A stretch of DNA of 64,000 nucleotides, taken from positions 7,089-71,088 of the forward strand of contig JAFTYG010000056.1 of the NCBI GenBank assembly GCA_017461365.1, given 5' to 3'. Of this stretch, positions 26,284 to 36,694 are shown piece after piece. Below the pieces are notes generated by a model. It ran no database searches, was not told where the DNA came from, and saw nothing but the letters and a program-made list of their open reading frames with translations. A program made the translations under genes and the position numbers. Source of the stretch: Clostridia bacterium (lineage in GTDB: Bacteria; Bacillota; Clostridia; Oscillospirales; CAG-272). Every line of letters starts with the position of its first letter. Position 1 is the first letter of the stretch.

Positions 26284-26312
26284 ATTATAAACCGCTTTTC
26301 TTAATTTGTCAA
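26284..26312 (-). promoter_or_regulatory. sigma-A type promoter of antisense RNA
   Basis: Minus strand TTGACA (26312-26307), 17 nt, TATAAT (26289-26284). Confidence 0.55.
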
Positions 26313-26363
26313 TAGAGATTTTATAAAATTTGTCTCCAAGCTCGTCTTGGAGCTTTTTATTTA

Positions 26364-27236
26364 TTAACCGAACATCAAGGAATACGAAAGCTCCTTCTTA
26401 TCCCCCGCTACGAGCCTGAACAGGTCTCTTTTCTTTGAGAAATCGTCGATCTCTCCGTCATAGGATGGCAGACCGCACCACGGCTCTATGCAAACGTAGG
26501 GCGCGTCTGTCCTCGGCGCATGCCAGAGCCCGAGATAGGGGAAATCCTCTGCGGTAAATCTGACATATCTGTCGCTTTTTTCAGACCTGAGACATACCTC
26601 GGTGCAGTTTCTCGCAAGGAATATAGCGTCGTTGTCAAAAAGACTGTGGCGAAGAGAGAGACGCTTGCCACCCTCAAGATAGAACGCCTCGTTCTTTCCC
26701 GTGAGAAAGCAGGTGTCCGAAAGTCCTATCTTGTCGGGACTGCAAGGCTCGGAAAATTCAATGTAGCAGTCCTCAAAGCCGCCCTCACTAAGAGGCACGT
26801 TGAAGCCGGGATGCAGACCGACGGCAAAGGGAAGTACCTTTTCGTCGGTGTTCTTTACCGTAATGCCGCCGAAAAGTGTCTTGTCCGACAGACAGTATTC
26901 GACCGATAGCTCGAATTTAAAGGGATACACCGCAAGCGTTTCCGCATTTTCGGTAAGAGTAAACCTTATTCTGTTCTCACACGTCTTTTCGGAAGAGAAG
27001 ACCGAGTGCCTTGCAAAGCCGTGAATAGTCATTTCATAGTCCGTGCCATCATAGGTGTACTTGCCCCCGAAAAGCCTGCCGCATATAGGGAACATAAGGG
27101 GAGCCTGACCTGCCCAATACTTGGCGTCTCCCTGCCATATGTATTCACAGCCGTCGGCGCTCTTTACCGAAACTATCTCAGCGCCCTTGTCCGAAAGCTG
27201 TACCGTTAAAAATTCATTTTTCAGCGTGTATATCAT
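26364..27236 (-). CDS. Aldose 1-epimerase family protein
   Basis: I place the start at MIYTLKNEF (ATG 27236). FPICGR, HGFAR and GLHPGFN motifs. Confidence 0.85.
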   Translation of the reverse strand: MIYTLKNEFLTVQLSDKGAEIVSVKSADGCEYIWQGDAKYWAGQAPLMFPICGRLFGGKYTYDGTDYEMTIHGFARHSVFSSEKTCENRIRFTLTENAETLAVYPFKFELSVEYCLSDKTLFGGITVKNTDEKVLPFAVGLHPGFNVPLSEGGFEDCYIEFSEPCSPDKIGLSDTCFLTGKNEAFYLEGGKRLSLRHSLFDNDAIFLARNCTEVCLRSEKSDRYVRFTAEDFPYLGLWHAPRTDAPYVCIEPWCGLPSYDGEIDDFSKKRDLFRLVAGDKKELSYSLMFG

Positions 27237-27372
27237 ATCCGTATCTTTCCTTTCGTAAATAAAAAATATTACAGTTATATTATACCATAAATAAAATGTC
27301 AAATGCAAGTATATGAGCGCATTTTATGTAAATAATATTTTGTGAAAAATTATCGGAGAGATAAATAGAGAT

Positions 27373-28380
27373 ATGAAAAAAGGGATTTTAAAATTTGACG
27401 GCGGTGCGGCAATCGTCTCTGCGGCGTCTGTAGTGGGAAAATATGAGCATGAAGGACCTCTCGGAGACTGCTTCGATCTTCACGACTCCACCGATAAATT
27501 CGGAATGAATACGTGGGAGCGCGCCGAGAGCGAGATGCAAAGACTTGCATTCAATACCGCCCTTGCAAAAGCCTCGGCAAACGAAAGAGACGTGGAGGTA
27601 CTCTTTGCGGGCGACCTGCTAAATCAGTGCGTCAGCTCCTCTTACGGACTTCTCGATTTTGATATTCCGTATTTCGGGCTGTACGGAGCCTGCTCGACGG
27701 CGGCGGAAAGCATAATGCTTGCCTCGGCTTTCGTGTCTGCGGGATATTTTTCAACAGCCGCGGCAGTCACGTCCTCGCATTTCTGTTCGGCGGAAAGACA
27801 GTACAGAACTCCCCTTGAATACGGAGCGCAACGTTCACCGACCGCCCAATGGACGGTAACGGGCTCGGGAGCATTTCTTATTCGTCGCGAGGGACGCGTG
27901 AGAGTTACCGAGGCGATGCCGGGAATCGTCGTCGAAAAGGGAATAAACGACGCGTCGAATATGGGCGCGGCAATGGCACCTGCCGTTGTGAGTACAGTCA
28001 GCCGATATTTTGCCGAGAGCGGACGAAGCCCAGACGAATTTGACCTTATCGTAACGGGCGATCTCGGATATGAGGGCGGTTCTATACTTTGCGAGCTCCT
28101 TGTTGCCGAGGGGCTTGATATACGCTCACGCTATAACGATTGCGGAATAATGATATACGACAGAAAGACACAGGACAAGCACGCGGGCGGCTCGGGATGC
28201 GGATGCTCGGCGGTGGTGCTTGCGTCGCATCTGCTTCCGATGATAGAGCGTGGCGAGCTCCGACGCATACTCCTCATCGGAACGGGCGCGATGATGAGCC
28301 CGTCAAGCCTTCAACAGGGACTTGCCATCCCCGCAGTGGCTCATCTTGTCACCATTTGTAACGAAAAATATTGCTTTTAG
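27373..28380 (+). CDS. spoVAD: Stage V sporulation protein AD
   Basis: 335 aa. Thiolase-like SpoVAD signature (GPLGDCFD..., GLYGACST, GSGCGCSA). Confidence 0.9.
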   Translation: MKKGILKFDGGAAIVSAASVVGKYEHEGPLGDCFDLHDSTDKFGMNTWERAESEMQRLAFNTALAKASANERDVEVLFAGDLLNQCVSSSYGLLDFDIPYFGLYGACSTAAESIMLASAFVSAGYFSTAAAVTSSHFCSAERQYRTPLEYGAQRSPTAQWTVTGSGAFLIRREGRVRVTEAMPGIVVEKGINDASNMGAAMAPAVVSTVSRYFAESGRSPDEFDLIVTGDLGYEGGSILCELLVAEGLDIRSRYNDCGIMIYDRKTQDKHAGGSGCGCSAVVLASHLLPMIERGELRRILLIGTGAMMSPSSLQQGLAIPAVAHLVTICNEKYCF

Positions 28381-28387
28381 GTGGGTT

Positions 28388-28753
28388 ATGGATATATTTA
28401 TGGATTATTTGTGGGCGTTCTTAGTGGGCGGAGTCCTCTGCGTGATCGCACAAATTCTGCTTGATAAAACCTCCCTGACACCCGCGCGGATACTTGTGGG
28501 GTATGTGGTTGCCGGAGTTATCCTCGGAGCCGTCGGTGTTTATGGACCTCTTACCGAGCTTGCGGGCGCGGGAGCCACAACGCCTCTGACGGGATTTGGC
28601 TATCTTATAGCAAAGGGCGTGCGCGCGGCGGTGGATGAAAAGGGCTTGCTCGGCGCGCTTACGGGCGGTATAGCCGCCGCCTCGGGAGGTATCGCCGCAG
28701 CAATTTGCTTCGGTTATATCGCTGCCCTCGTGGCAAGACGCAAGACAAAGTAA
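28388..28753 (+). CDS. spoVAE: Stage V sporulation protein AE (SpoVAEB-type membrane protein)
   Basis: ATG 28388. ~121 aa, multi-pass. FLVGG.LCVIAQIL.D, TPLTGFG. Confidence 0.85.
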   Translation: MDIFMDYLWAFLVGGVLCVIAQILLDKTSLTPARILVGYVVAGVILGAVGVYGPLTELAGAGATTPLTGFGYLIAKGVRAAVDEKGLLGALTGGIAAASGGIAAAICFGYIAALVARRKTK

Positions 28754-28763
28754 AAAAGAATAA

Positions 28764-28806
28764 GGCTCTGTTAAAGCTTGTGGCTAAAACAGAGCCGATT
28801 TTTTAT
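28764..28806. terminator. bidirectional intrinsic terminator
   Basis: GGCTCTGTT...AACAGAGCC followed by GATTTTTT. Confidence 0.65.
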
Positions 28807-28821
28807 TATTTGAGTTTTACG

Positions 28822-30813
28822 TCATTTCCGCTTTGCGTTGTTGCTACCTACCCTTGTGCCTATGACCTTTCCGCTCTGCCTACCTTTAGGCGGAGCGTTT
28901 TTATTTTGCTTATCCTGCCTTGCGCCGCGAGGGCTGTTTTGTGTTGTGCGTTTTTTTACTTTTTTATCCCTTGCCGCCGTTTGGCTCTTTTTCGCCTCCG
29001 CGCGCGGCGCGTTTTTCTGCGCCTCGGGGCGGACGAGACAATCCTTTGTGTAGCCTATAAGATCCTCTCTGCCAAGCAGCGTCAACGCCTCGCGGACGAG
29101 CGGCGCGTTCTGCGGTCGGTTGAATTGCAAAAGCGCGCGCTGGAGCTGCTTTTCGTGGTAGTCGGTCGCAACGTACACGGGCTTCATATCAAGCGGATTT
29201 ATTCCTGTGTAGAACATCACCGTCGATGCAGTACCCGGAGTGGGATAATAGTCCTGCACCTGCTCGGGCGCGTAGTTGTCACGCTTTAAGCAAAGGGCGA
29301 GCTCCAACGCGTCGTTAAGGGTAGAGCCCGGGTGGCTCGACATAAGATAGGGCACAAGATACTGCTCCTTGCCCGCCTCACGCGTCAGCTCAAAATACCT
29401 CTTACGAAAGCCCTCGTAAACGGCAAAATCGGGCTTGCCCATACAACGAAGCACATCCGACGAGCAGTGCTCGGGCGCGACCTTTAGCTGTCCGCTTACG
29501 TTGTCGGCAACAAGCTTTTTGAAAAACGCCTCGTTTTTGTCCTGCATAAGATAATCAAAACGTATGCCCGAACGTATAAAGACCTTCTTGACCTTCGGTA
29601 GCTTTTCGATCTCTCCGATAAGGTGGAGATACTCGCTGTGGTCGACCTTCAGATTTTTGCAGGGCGTAGGCGCAAGACACTTGCGTGATGAGCAGACACC
29701 GTCCTTTAGCTGCTTGTCGCAGGCGGGGTAACGGAAGTTTGCAGTCGGACCGCCCACGTCGTGGATATAGCCCTTGAAATCGGAGAGCTCGGTTATCTTT
29801 CTTGCTTCCTCTACAACACTCTGCTCGCTTCTTGAACGCACCGTCCGCCCCTGATGAAAGGCAAGGGCGCAGAAGTTGCAAGCGCCAAAGCAGCCTCGGT
29901 TGTGCGTTATCGAAAAACGCACCTCCTGTATCGCGGGCACTCCGCCGTCAGCCTCATATACGGGATGATAGGTACGCATATAGGGAAGAGAATAGACTCT
30001 GTCAAGCTCCTCTCGCTCAAGAGGAAACATCGGCGGGTTTTGAACGAGCATCTTCCCGTCGTAGAGCTCAACTATCGCTTTTCCGTTTATGGCGTCCTGA
30101 TTTTTGTACTGTATTCCGAACGCCTCCGCGTATTTTCTTTTATTCGTCTTTAATTCATTGTAGTCAAAGGTCGCCGCCACGGGGTAGTGTATCTTGTCCT
30201 CAGGTTTTGAAAGATATACCGTTCCGCGCACGTCGTGTATCTTCTTTATCGGCACACCTTTGTCAAGAAGCTCGGCTATGCGAAGAAGAATATTTTCTCC
30301 CATACCGTAGGTCAGTATATCCGCTCTCGAGTCTACAAGGATAGAACGGCGTACACTGTCCGACCAATAGTCATAATGCGCAAAACGGCGAAGAGAGGCT
30401 TCAAGACCGCCTATTATTATCGGTACGTCTCCGTACGCCTCGCGTATTCTGTTGCAATAAACGATCGTCGCTCTGTCGGGACGCTTGCCCATCTTACCGC
30501 CCGCCGAGTAGTAGTCGTAGCTCCGCTTTTTCTTTGCGGCGGTGTAGTGAGCCACCATCGAGTCGATGTTGCCCGCCGTTACAAGAAAGCCGAGACGCGG
30601 ACGCCCGAATTCACGGAACGCCTCGCAGCTCTTGTAGTCGGGCTGTGAAAGTATAGCCACGCGAAAGCCCGCCGCCTCAAGCACGCGTGAGATTATCGAT
30701 ACGCCGAAGCTCGGGTGATCGACGTATGCGTCACCCGTGACGTAAACGAAATCGGGCCTGTCCCATCCGAGAGCGTCGGCATCCCTTTTGCATATTGGTA
30801 AAAATCCGTTCAT
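28822..30813 (-). CDS. ygiQ: YgiQ-family (UPF0313) radical SAM protein with basic C-terminal tail
   Basis: 663 aa. N-terminal [25 protein letters not shown] cluster motif, and a Lys/Arg-rich last ~70 aa. Confidence 0.9.
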   Translation of the reverse strand: MNGFLPICKRDADALGWDRPDFVYVTGDAYVDHPSFGVSIISRVLEAAGFRVAILSQPDYKSCEAFREFGRPRLGFLVTAGNIDSMVAHYTAAKKKRSYDYYSAGGKMGKRPDRATIVYCNRIREAYGDVPIIIGGLEASLRRFAHYDYWSDSVRRSILVDSRADILTYGMGENILLRIAELLDKGVPIKKIHDVRGTVYLSKPEDKIHYPVAATFDYNELKTNKRKYAEAFGIQYKNQDAINGKAIVELYDGKMLVQNPPMFPLEREELDRVYSLPYMRTYHPVYEADGGVPAIQEVRFSITHNRGCFGACNFCALAFHQGRTVRSRSEQSVVEEARKITELSDFKGYIHDVGGPTANFRYPACDKQLKDGVCSSRKCLAPTPCKNLKVDHSEYLHLIGEIEKLPKVKKVFIRSGIRFDYLMQDKNEAFFKKLVADNVSGQLKVAPEHCSSDVLRCMGKPDFAVYEGFRKRYFELTREAGKEQYLVPYLMSSHPGSTLNDALELALCLKRDNYAPEQVQDYYPTPGTASTVMFYTGINPLDMKPVYVATDYHEKQLQRALLQFNRPQNAPLVREALTLLGREDLIGYTKDCLVRPEAQKNAPRAEAKKSQTAARDKKVKKRTTQNSPRGARQDKQNKNAPPKGRQSGKVIGTRVGSNNAKRK

Positions 30814-30823
30814 TTTTCACCTC

Positions 30824-31609
30824 TCAGCCCACAAGTCTGCCTTTTTCAGCAAACTGCGAGGGGGTAAGACCTGTGATAGATTTGAATACCTTACAAAAAT
30901 ACGAGGAGTTTGCAAAGCCAACCGAAACGGCTATATCCTCAACAGAGCCTCCCGATTTTATAAGAAGCTCCTTTGCCTTGTCCACGCGGTACTGCTGAAT
31001 GTATCTCGTCGGAGCAACACCGAAAACGGCTATAAATATACTGCGGTAGTAGGTCTCGCCCATGCCCGACATCTCGGCAAGCATAGGTGTGTAGAGATCC
31101 TGACGGCTGTAATTAGCCTCAATAAATTTCACCGAACGGTGGATAAGCCCGTACTTTCCCGCAAGAGAGCTCGAAAACGACTGTATCGAGGAGATCTGCG
31201 TCAGCAGACTGTAAAGCTCGGACAGACATTTTGAACGGTACGCAGGGCCGCGAAGCGTCCAGTAATGAAGAATATTTCTGACAGCAGTGAAAACATCCTT
31301 GTCTCCGCCCGTGTAAAAGAGACAAGGGGAGTATTTTTCAGCATCCGAGACCGTCAGCTCGATGACAGTGCACTCTCCCTCGCGCTCGATGTACATCTCG
31401 TATTCAGCGCCCTTGGGGATAAATAAGATATTCTCTTCGTCGGCAACGTACTTATCCGAGCCGAATACGTAGGAGGTCTTTCCCGTCCGCTTCACTATGA
31501 GAAGGGAGGAGCGGGCGCGCGCCCTTGCCTCACTGTCGGTGGCAAGACAGCTTCGGTATATTCCCTCAATATCGAGAACCGCTAAGTTGGATATGTCAAA
31601 TTTTTTCAT
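30824..31609 (-). CDS. AraC-family transcriptional regulator
   Basis: 261 aa. C-terminal HTH_18 (VGFANSSYFCKVFK..TGLTPSQF). Confidence 0.85.
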   Translation of the reverse strand: MKKFDISNLAVLDIEGIYRSCLATDSEARARARSSLLIVKRTGKTSYVFGSDKYVADEENILFIPKGAEYEMYIEREGECTVIELTVSDAEKYSPCLFYTGGDKDVFTAVRNILHYWTLRGPAYRSKCLSELYSLLTQISSIQSFSSSLAGKYGLIHRSVKFIEANYSRQDLYTPMLAEMSGMGETYYRSIFIAVFGVAPTRYIQQYRVDKAKELLIKSGGSVEDIAVSVGFANSSYFCKVFKSITGLTPSQFAEKGRLVG

Positions 31610-31792
31610 ATAAATTCTCCGTACACAAAAAAATATAAAAATTCGTCACAATGTGCGATTTGATATGTTCAATAAATATTATACCACAGCTCGGAGCGTA
31701 TGTCAATATTTGTCGTTTTATTTGGATGATGAAATTTTTCATAAAAGAAGTTGAACGCTCAACAAAAAATGAAAAAAATCTCACCGTCCTTA

Positions 31793-31821
31793 TTGACATT
31801 TTTCGATATATGTTGTATAAT
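31793..31821 (+). promoter_or_regulatory. sigma-A type promoter
   Basis: TTGACA (31793-31798), 17 nt, TATAAT (31816-31821). Confidence 0.55.
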
Positions 31822-31859
31822 TAAAAGGTATATTTGTTTTAATTAAGGAGAATTGCGCC

Positions 31860-33551
31860 GTGTCAGAAAAAAACAGCTATCTGAGAGATGATTACGTAGA
31901 ATATACGCCGACAAATATGACCGTGTACGAGTACATGACGAAAAATATAAAGGAATACGAGGAGCTTACCGCTCTGTCCTTTTACGGCATAAGATCGACC
32001 TACAAGCAGATGCTTGAAAAAATAGAAGAGGCGGAGCGCGCGCTCAGAGCGTTCGGCATAGGAAACGGAGACATCGTGGCTATGTCGCTCCCGGGTATGC
32101 CCGAGGCGGTGCATCTTATCTACGCGGTAAATAAGATAGGCGCTATATATTGCGCCTTCGATTGCCGCTCGCAGGAGACCGAGATACTCGAAACGCTCGA
32201 AAAATTCAAGCCCAAGCTCTGCTTTATCCCGAGCTTTCAGCTAAAGGCGTTCAAAAACGTGCACGACTGTACCGTGGTCTCTATCGATCCCACACATTCT
32301 ATCGGAGGCCCTACCAAGATAAGCGCCTTCGTTGCCGACGCGTGGACGGGTAGAGTGTTCATTTACGGATCGCATAAGAATATCCTGTCCTACGATAAAT
32401 TTCTCGAGAAGGCAAAGGAGGGCAAGAACCTTCCGCCCGAAAGAAACAAGGACAACGTGTTCGGATATTTCTACACAAGCGGAACGACCTACGGCAGAAA
32501 GAGCATAATCCTTACAAATGAAAATATAAACGCTACGGCATATCAGTACGGCATCACCGAAAATTACGTCCGAAAGGGCGAGGTAATGCTTGATATTATG
32601 CCTATGTTTACCTGCTACGGTGTGTCTATCGCCATGCATCTGCCTCTGAGCCTCGGAGTTCTTGTAAAGCTTATACCGCTCATAGATACAAAGAAGCTCA
32701 AGCAAACGCTCGTAAGAGAAAAGCCGAACTTTATCATCACCGTTCCCGCCCATTGGGAGTATTTCGTAAAGGAAAATTTCGATGGCTGTGACCTCTCATT
32801 CCTACGCACCGTTATCGTCGGAGGCGATAAGATAGATCCGGGGTATGAGGAAAAAATCAACGGGATATTCAAAAAATGCGGAAGTAACGCGTGGATACGT
32901 TGCGGCTACGGACTTTCCGAAACGACCTCGGTGGGCGTTCACCCCGTAGAGGGCACTCCCAAGGGAAGCGTCGGTAAGCCTATGATACATACGCTTATCG
33001 GAATTTTCGATAAGGATACCTTAGAGCCGCTTCCAAGAGGCGAAAAGGGTGAGATATGTATCTACGGTCCTACGCTTTGCGCGGGATATTATAAGGATGA
33101 GGAAATGTCAAGAATGCTCCTCAAAAAGCATGAGGACGACGGACGCGTCTGGTGTCACACGGGAGACGTAGGATATATCGACGAGGGTGGCTACCTATTC
33201 TTCTGCGAAAGACTCAAGAGAATGTACGTCCGCTTCGACGGCACAAAAATATCCCCCTATTCTATCGAGCAGATACTTGAGAAATGTCCGCCTATCGCGC
33301 GTATCATGGTAACGGCGATAAGAGATAAGGATCACTCCCACGGAATGTGCGCGAGAGCACTTATCGTTCTTCGCGAGGGCGTAAACGAAAAGGACGCCCG
33401 CGCAGAGATAGATAAATTTATTTCCGAGAACCTCGGACAGCATATGGTACCCAAGGAGATAATCTTCGTCGAAAAGCTCCCCTATACAAAAATGGGTAAG
33501 CTCGACTACTTCGCTGCGTCTCAGATGGAAAATACAGAAGAAAATAAGTAA
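31860..33551 (+). CDS. AMP-binding enzyme (acyl-CoA synthetase family)
   Basis: 563 aa. GTG start 8 nt after AAGGAG. YTSGTTYGRKSI, GYGLSET, TGDVGYIDEGGYL. Confidence 0.85.
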   Translation: MSEKNSYLRDDYVEYTPTNMTVYEYMTKNIKEYEELTALSFYGIRSTYKQMLEKIEEAERALRAFGIGNGDIVAMSLPGMPEAVHLIYAVNKIGAIYCAFDCRSQETEILETLEKFKPKLCFIPSFQLKAFKNVHDCTVVSIDPTHSIGGPTKISAFVADAWTGRVFIYGSHKNILSYDKFLEKAKEGKNLPPERNKDNVFGYFYTSGTTYGRKSIILTNENINATAYQYGITENYVRKGEVMLDIMPMFTCYGVSIAMHLPLSLGVLVKLIPLIDTKKLKQTLVREKPNFIITVPAHWEYFVKENFDGCDLSFLRTVIVGGDKIDPGYEEKINGIFKKCGSNAWIRCGYGLSETTSVGVHPVEGTPKGSVGKPMIHTLIGIFDKDTLEPLPRGEKGEICIYGPTLCAGYYKDEEMSRMLLKKHEDDGRVWCHTGDVGYIDEGGYLFFCERLKRMYVRFDGTKISPYSIEQILEKCPPIARIMVTAIRDKDHSHGMCARALIVLREGVNEKDARAEIDKFISENLGQHMVPKEIIFVEKLPYTKMGKLDYFAASQMENTEENK

Positions 33552-33554
33552 ATA

Positions 33555-33597
33555 AAAAAAGGGGCTGAGTCGCTAAAATGTGACTCAGCTCCTTTTA
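33555..33597. terminator. bidirectional intrinsic terminator
   Basis: AAAAAAAGGGGCTGAGTC...GACTCAGCTCCTTTT. Confidence 0.7.
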
Positions 33598-33599
33598 TG

Positions 33600-34994
33600 T
33601 CAGGTAAGCCGTTTGAGCTTGCCTTTTTTGAATTTTGCATAGTAAAGATAGAAGAATATACTCACGTTCGCTATAAGCAAAAGCGTCCACGATACGGGCC
33701 AACAGACCACTATCCAGAACAAAGACTCAAGCGGCGCGCTGAGATCCATGTGAGGCGGATATATAACGTACATCCAGAAGATACGGAATATAAGCACCGA
33801 AACTATGGAGTTTATAGTCGATATGTAGGAATAGCCGAACGACTGTATAACGTGACCGAGAACACTGTAGGAGCAGGCGATAAAATAGAAGAGTACGTTT
33901 GTAAACATCCTTGTCTGAGCCGCCGACACCGATGCCTCGCCCGTGACGAACAGAGAAGCAAGCGGAGCCGAGAAGATCATACATATCGACGACATAACGA
34001 CAGAAACGCCAACACCTACACACAGACAAGTTAGTATGCTCTTTTTAACCCTGTCGGGACGCTTAGCGCCAATGTTGTAGCCGACGAATACGCTGACACT
34101 GCTCGACATAGCCGTGCTACCGAACGCGGCAACGATGCTTTCAATATTCGAAGCCGCCGCGCTTCCCGCAACGACCGCAGAGCCGAGCTCGTTGAGCTGT
34201 GTCTGTATCTGAAGATTGGAGAAGGGAAGAAGCCCCGAGCTGAACGCGATGGGCAGACCGTTGACCATGATCTTCTTAAAGGAATGAAAGCTCCATTTGA
34301 GGTTTTTGAGATTGAGCGAGCAGACGTCCTTGCTGCTGATAAGCCGAAACAGCGCAAGAGCCGCGCCCACACACTGCGAAACAGCCGTTGCAATAGCGAC
34401 AGCCATGACCTTTTCGGGCAATATCATTAAAAGGATAAAGTTCAGAATTACGTTTGTCAGGCCCGATATTATCATATAATAAAGAGGTCGCTTCGTGTCA
34501 CCGCTCGTCGTGATGATGGCGGAGGCAAAATTGTAAAGCATTATCGCGGGCACACCGAGCATATATATCCGCAAATAAAGCTGAGCGCCTTCAAAGCAAT
34601 CGGTAGGACACTTCGTTATGTGCAAAAACGAGCCCGAGAAAAAGAAGCCGAAAACAGAAATGACCACGCCAAGCACCGCCGCCGTGATGATCGAGGTCGA
34701 AACGGTGCGCCGTATCTGTATCTTGTGATTTGCGCCGAGATTGTGGGAAAGAACGATCTTCGTACCCGTGGAGATACCGAAAAAGGTGTTTACAATAAAA
34801 TGAATGATAGACGACGTAGCGCCGACAGCCGCCACAGCCACCGAGCCCTCGCTCGCGTCGAACGCGTCGAGCATCACCATATCCACGGAATTGAAAAGAC
34901 TCTGAACAAGGTTTATAAACACAAGAGGTATCGCGTAAAGTATTATCGAACGCGCGACCTTCGGGCTGTTCATGTCAACGTTTCTGATCTTCAA
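33600..34994 (-). CDS. MATE-family efflux transporter
   Basis: 464 aa, 12-TM pattern, N-terminal ...ILYAIPLVFINLVQSLFNSVDMVMLD. Confidence 0.9.
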   Translation of the reverse strand: MKIRNVDMNSPKVARSIILYAIPLVFINLVQSLFNSVDMVMLDAFDASEGSVAVAAVGATSSIIHFIVNTFFGISTGTKIVLSHNLGANHKIQIRRTVSTSIITAAVLGVVISVFGFFFSGSFLHITKCPTDCFEGAQLYLRIYMLGVPAIMLYNFASAIITTSGDTKRPLYYMIISGLTNVILNFILLMILPEKVMAVAIATAVSQCVGAALALFRLISSKDVCSLNLKNLKWSFHSFKKIMVNGLPIAFSSGLLPFSNLQIQTQLNELGSAVVAGSAAASNIESIVAAFGSTAMSSSVSVFVGYNIGAKRPDRVKKSILTCLCVGVGVSVVMSSICMIFSAPLASLFVTGEASVSAAQTRMFTNVLFYFIACSYSVLGHVIQSFGYSYISTINSIVSVLIFRIFWMYVIYPPHMDLSAPLESLFWIVVCWPVSWTLLLIANVSIFFYLYYAKFKKGKLKRLT

Positions 34995-35165
34995 TAAAAA
35001 TCGCCACCCTTCAAATCTGTTGTTACAGTAATTATACCATTAAAAAAATAAAAGTCAATACAAAAAAATATTTTCGCAAAAAAATTATACTTTGTGTCGA
35101 AATTATTGAAAAAATAAACAAGCTGTGGTAAAATAATATCATAAAAAAATCGGAGAATGAAAATA

Positions 35166-36293
35166 ATGAATAACAGCTTAGGAATATATATACATATCCC
35201 GTTCTGTATAAAGAAATGCCGCTATTGCGATTTCTGCTCCTTTCCCGATAAGGACGGGGAAAGAGTCCGCAAATATACCGACGAGCTTTGCAGAAGAATA
35301 TCCGAGGCGGCGCAGGGATGCAAAGACTATACCGTCGATACCGTATATTTTGGCGGAGGAACTCCAACGCTTTTGCCGATAGACCGATTTGAAAGGATCA
35401 TCGAAGCGCTCGGCGCTTTTCGCATATCGGACGAAGCGGAGATCACCGCCGAGTGCAATCCCGCCACGGCTGATCACGAATATCTCCGCAGGCTTCGTAC
35501 CTTCGGAGTAAACAGACTCAGCATAGGACTTCAGAGCACCCACGAAAACGAGCTCTCCGCTTTGGGACGTGTACATTCGTTCGTGGACTTCAAGGCTACC
35601 TACTTTGCGGCAAGAGACGCAGGATTTTCAAATATCAGCGCCGATCTGATGTACGGCATTCCGTATCAGACCGAGGAGAGCTTTGAGGAGAGCCTGAAAA
35701 ATCTGGCAGAGCTCTCTCCCGAGCATATCTCGGCGTACGGGCTGAAAATAGAACAGGGAACACCGTTTTATAAAATGAGAGATAAGCTTCCGCTCCCCGA
35801 CGAGGACGCGGAGTGCGCCATGTACCTCGGAATGACCGAGATACTTTCAGAGTACGGATACGAAAAATACGAGATCAGTAACTTTGCAAAAAAAGGCTTT
35901 GAGTCAAGGCATAATCTGCGGTATTGGCGCGGAGAGGAATACCTCGGCTTTGGCGTGGCGGCTCATTCATACTTCCGCGGAGAAAGATTTGGAAATTCGA
36001 GAGATATTGATGATTTTCTCAGGGGCGAGAGCATAGAATGTGAAAGGTACGCTGTCGATGAGAAAGAGCAATTTAACGAATACGTTATGCTGTCGCTGAG
36101 ACTTTGCGAGGGAATAGACCTCGGAGAATTTCAGATGAGAGCCGCGAAGAGCTTTTTTGAATTCTTTCCAAAAGCAAAAACTCTTATTTCCGAGGGATAT
36201 ATGAGAGAAAACGGGGGAAGAATAGCTTTTACCGATAAAGGGTATCTTGTAAGTAATACGATACTTTCCGATATGATCGAATTTGATCGATAG
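35166..36293 (+). CDS. hemW: HemW-like radical SAM heme chaperone (coproporphyrinogen III oxidase-like)
   Basis: YIHIPFC..KC.YCDF, GGGTP, HemN_C domain. ATG 35166 has better RBS spacing than 35157. Confidence 0.85.
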   Translation: MNNSLGIYIHIPFCIKKCRYCDFCSFPDKDGERVRKYTDELCRRISEAAQGCKDYTVDTVYFGGGTPTLLPIDRFERIIEALGAFRISDEAEITAECNPATADHEYLRRLRTFGVNRLSIGLQSTHENELSALGRVHSFVDFKATYFAARDAGFSNISADLMYGIPYQTEESFEESLKNLAELSPEHISAYGLKIEQGTPFYKMRDKLPLPDEDAECAMYLGMTEILSEYGYEKYEISNFAKKGFESRHNLRYWRGEEYLGFGVAAHSYFRGERFGNSRDIDDFLRGESIECERYAVDEKEQFNEYVMLSLRLCEGIDLGEFQMRAAKSFFEFFPKAKTLISEGYMRENGGRIAFTDKGYLVSNTILSDMIEFDR

Positions 36294-36370
36294 ATAGCGC
36301 AAAAAACTATTGACATTTTGAGAAAAATGTTGTAAAATATATACAGAAATAAATTTCATAGGAGATAGAC

Positions 36371-36661
36371 ATGGAAAACGAGAATGAAATGATGGATACT
36401 GTCATCCTCACGGACGAGGACGGCAATGAGATAGAATTCGAGATCATCGGTCAGTGCGAGAAGAACGGGCAGCAGTATTTCGCAATGATCCCCGCAGATG
36501 AGAGCGAGCAGAGCGACGACGTGCTTGAGTACGTCATCCTTAAAATTGCAGAGGAGGACGGCGAGGAGGTTCTTGTCACCGTTGACGACGATGATGAGCT
36601 CGACGATATAGCCGATTATTTCGATGACCTCTTCTCGCAGGAGCTCGATTACGATAATTGA
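36371..36661 (+). CDS. DUF1292-family small acidic protein
   Basis: 96 aa. ILTDEDGNEIEFEIIG..E.NGQQYFAMIP. Confidence 0.85.
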   Translation: MENENEMMDTVILTDEDGNEIEFEIIGQCEKNGQQYFAMIPADESEQSDDVLEYVILKIAEEDGEEVLVTVDDDDELDDIADYFDDLFSQELDYDN

Positions 36662-36694
36662 CGGATCTTGTCGCCCTACAAAAAAGTAGACGAA

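Noticed and set aside
28705-29289. + strand ORF of 194 aa downstream of spoVAE.
   Set aside because: It is antisense to the 3' end of ygiQ, which encodes the basic tail, and crosses the bidirectional terminator.
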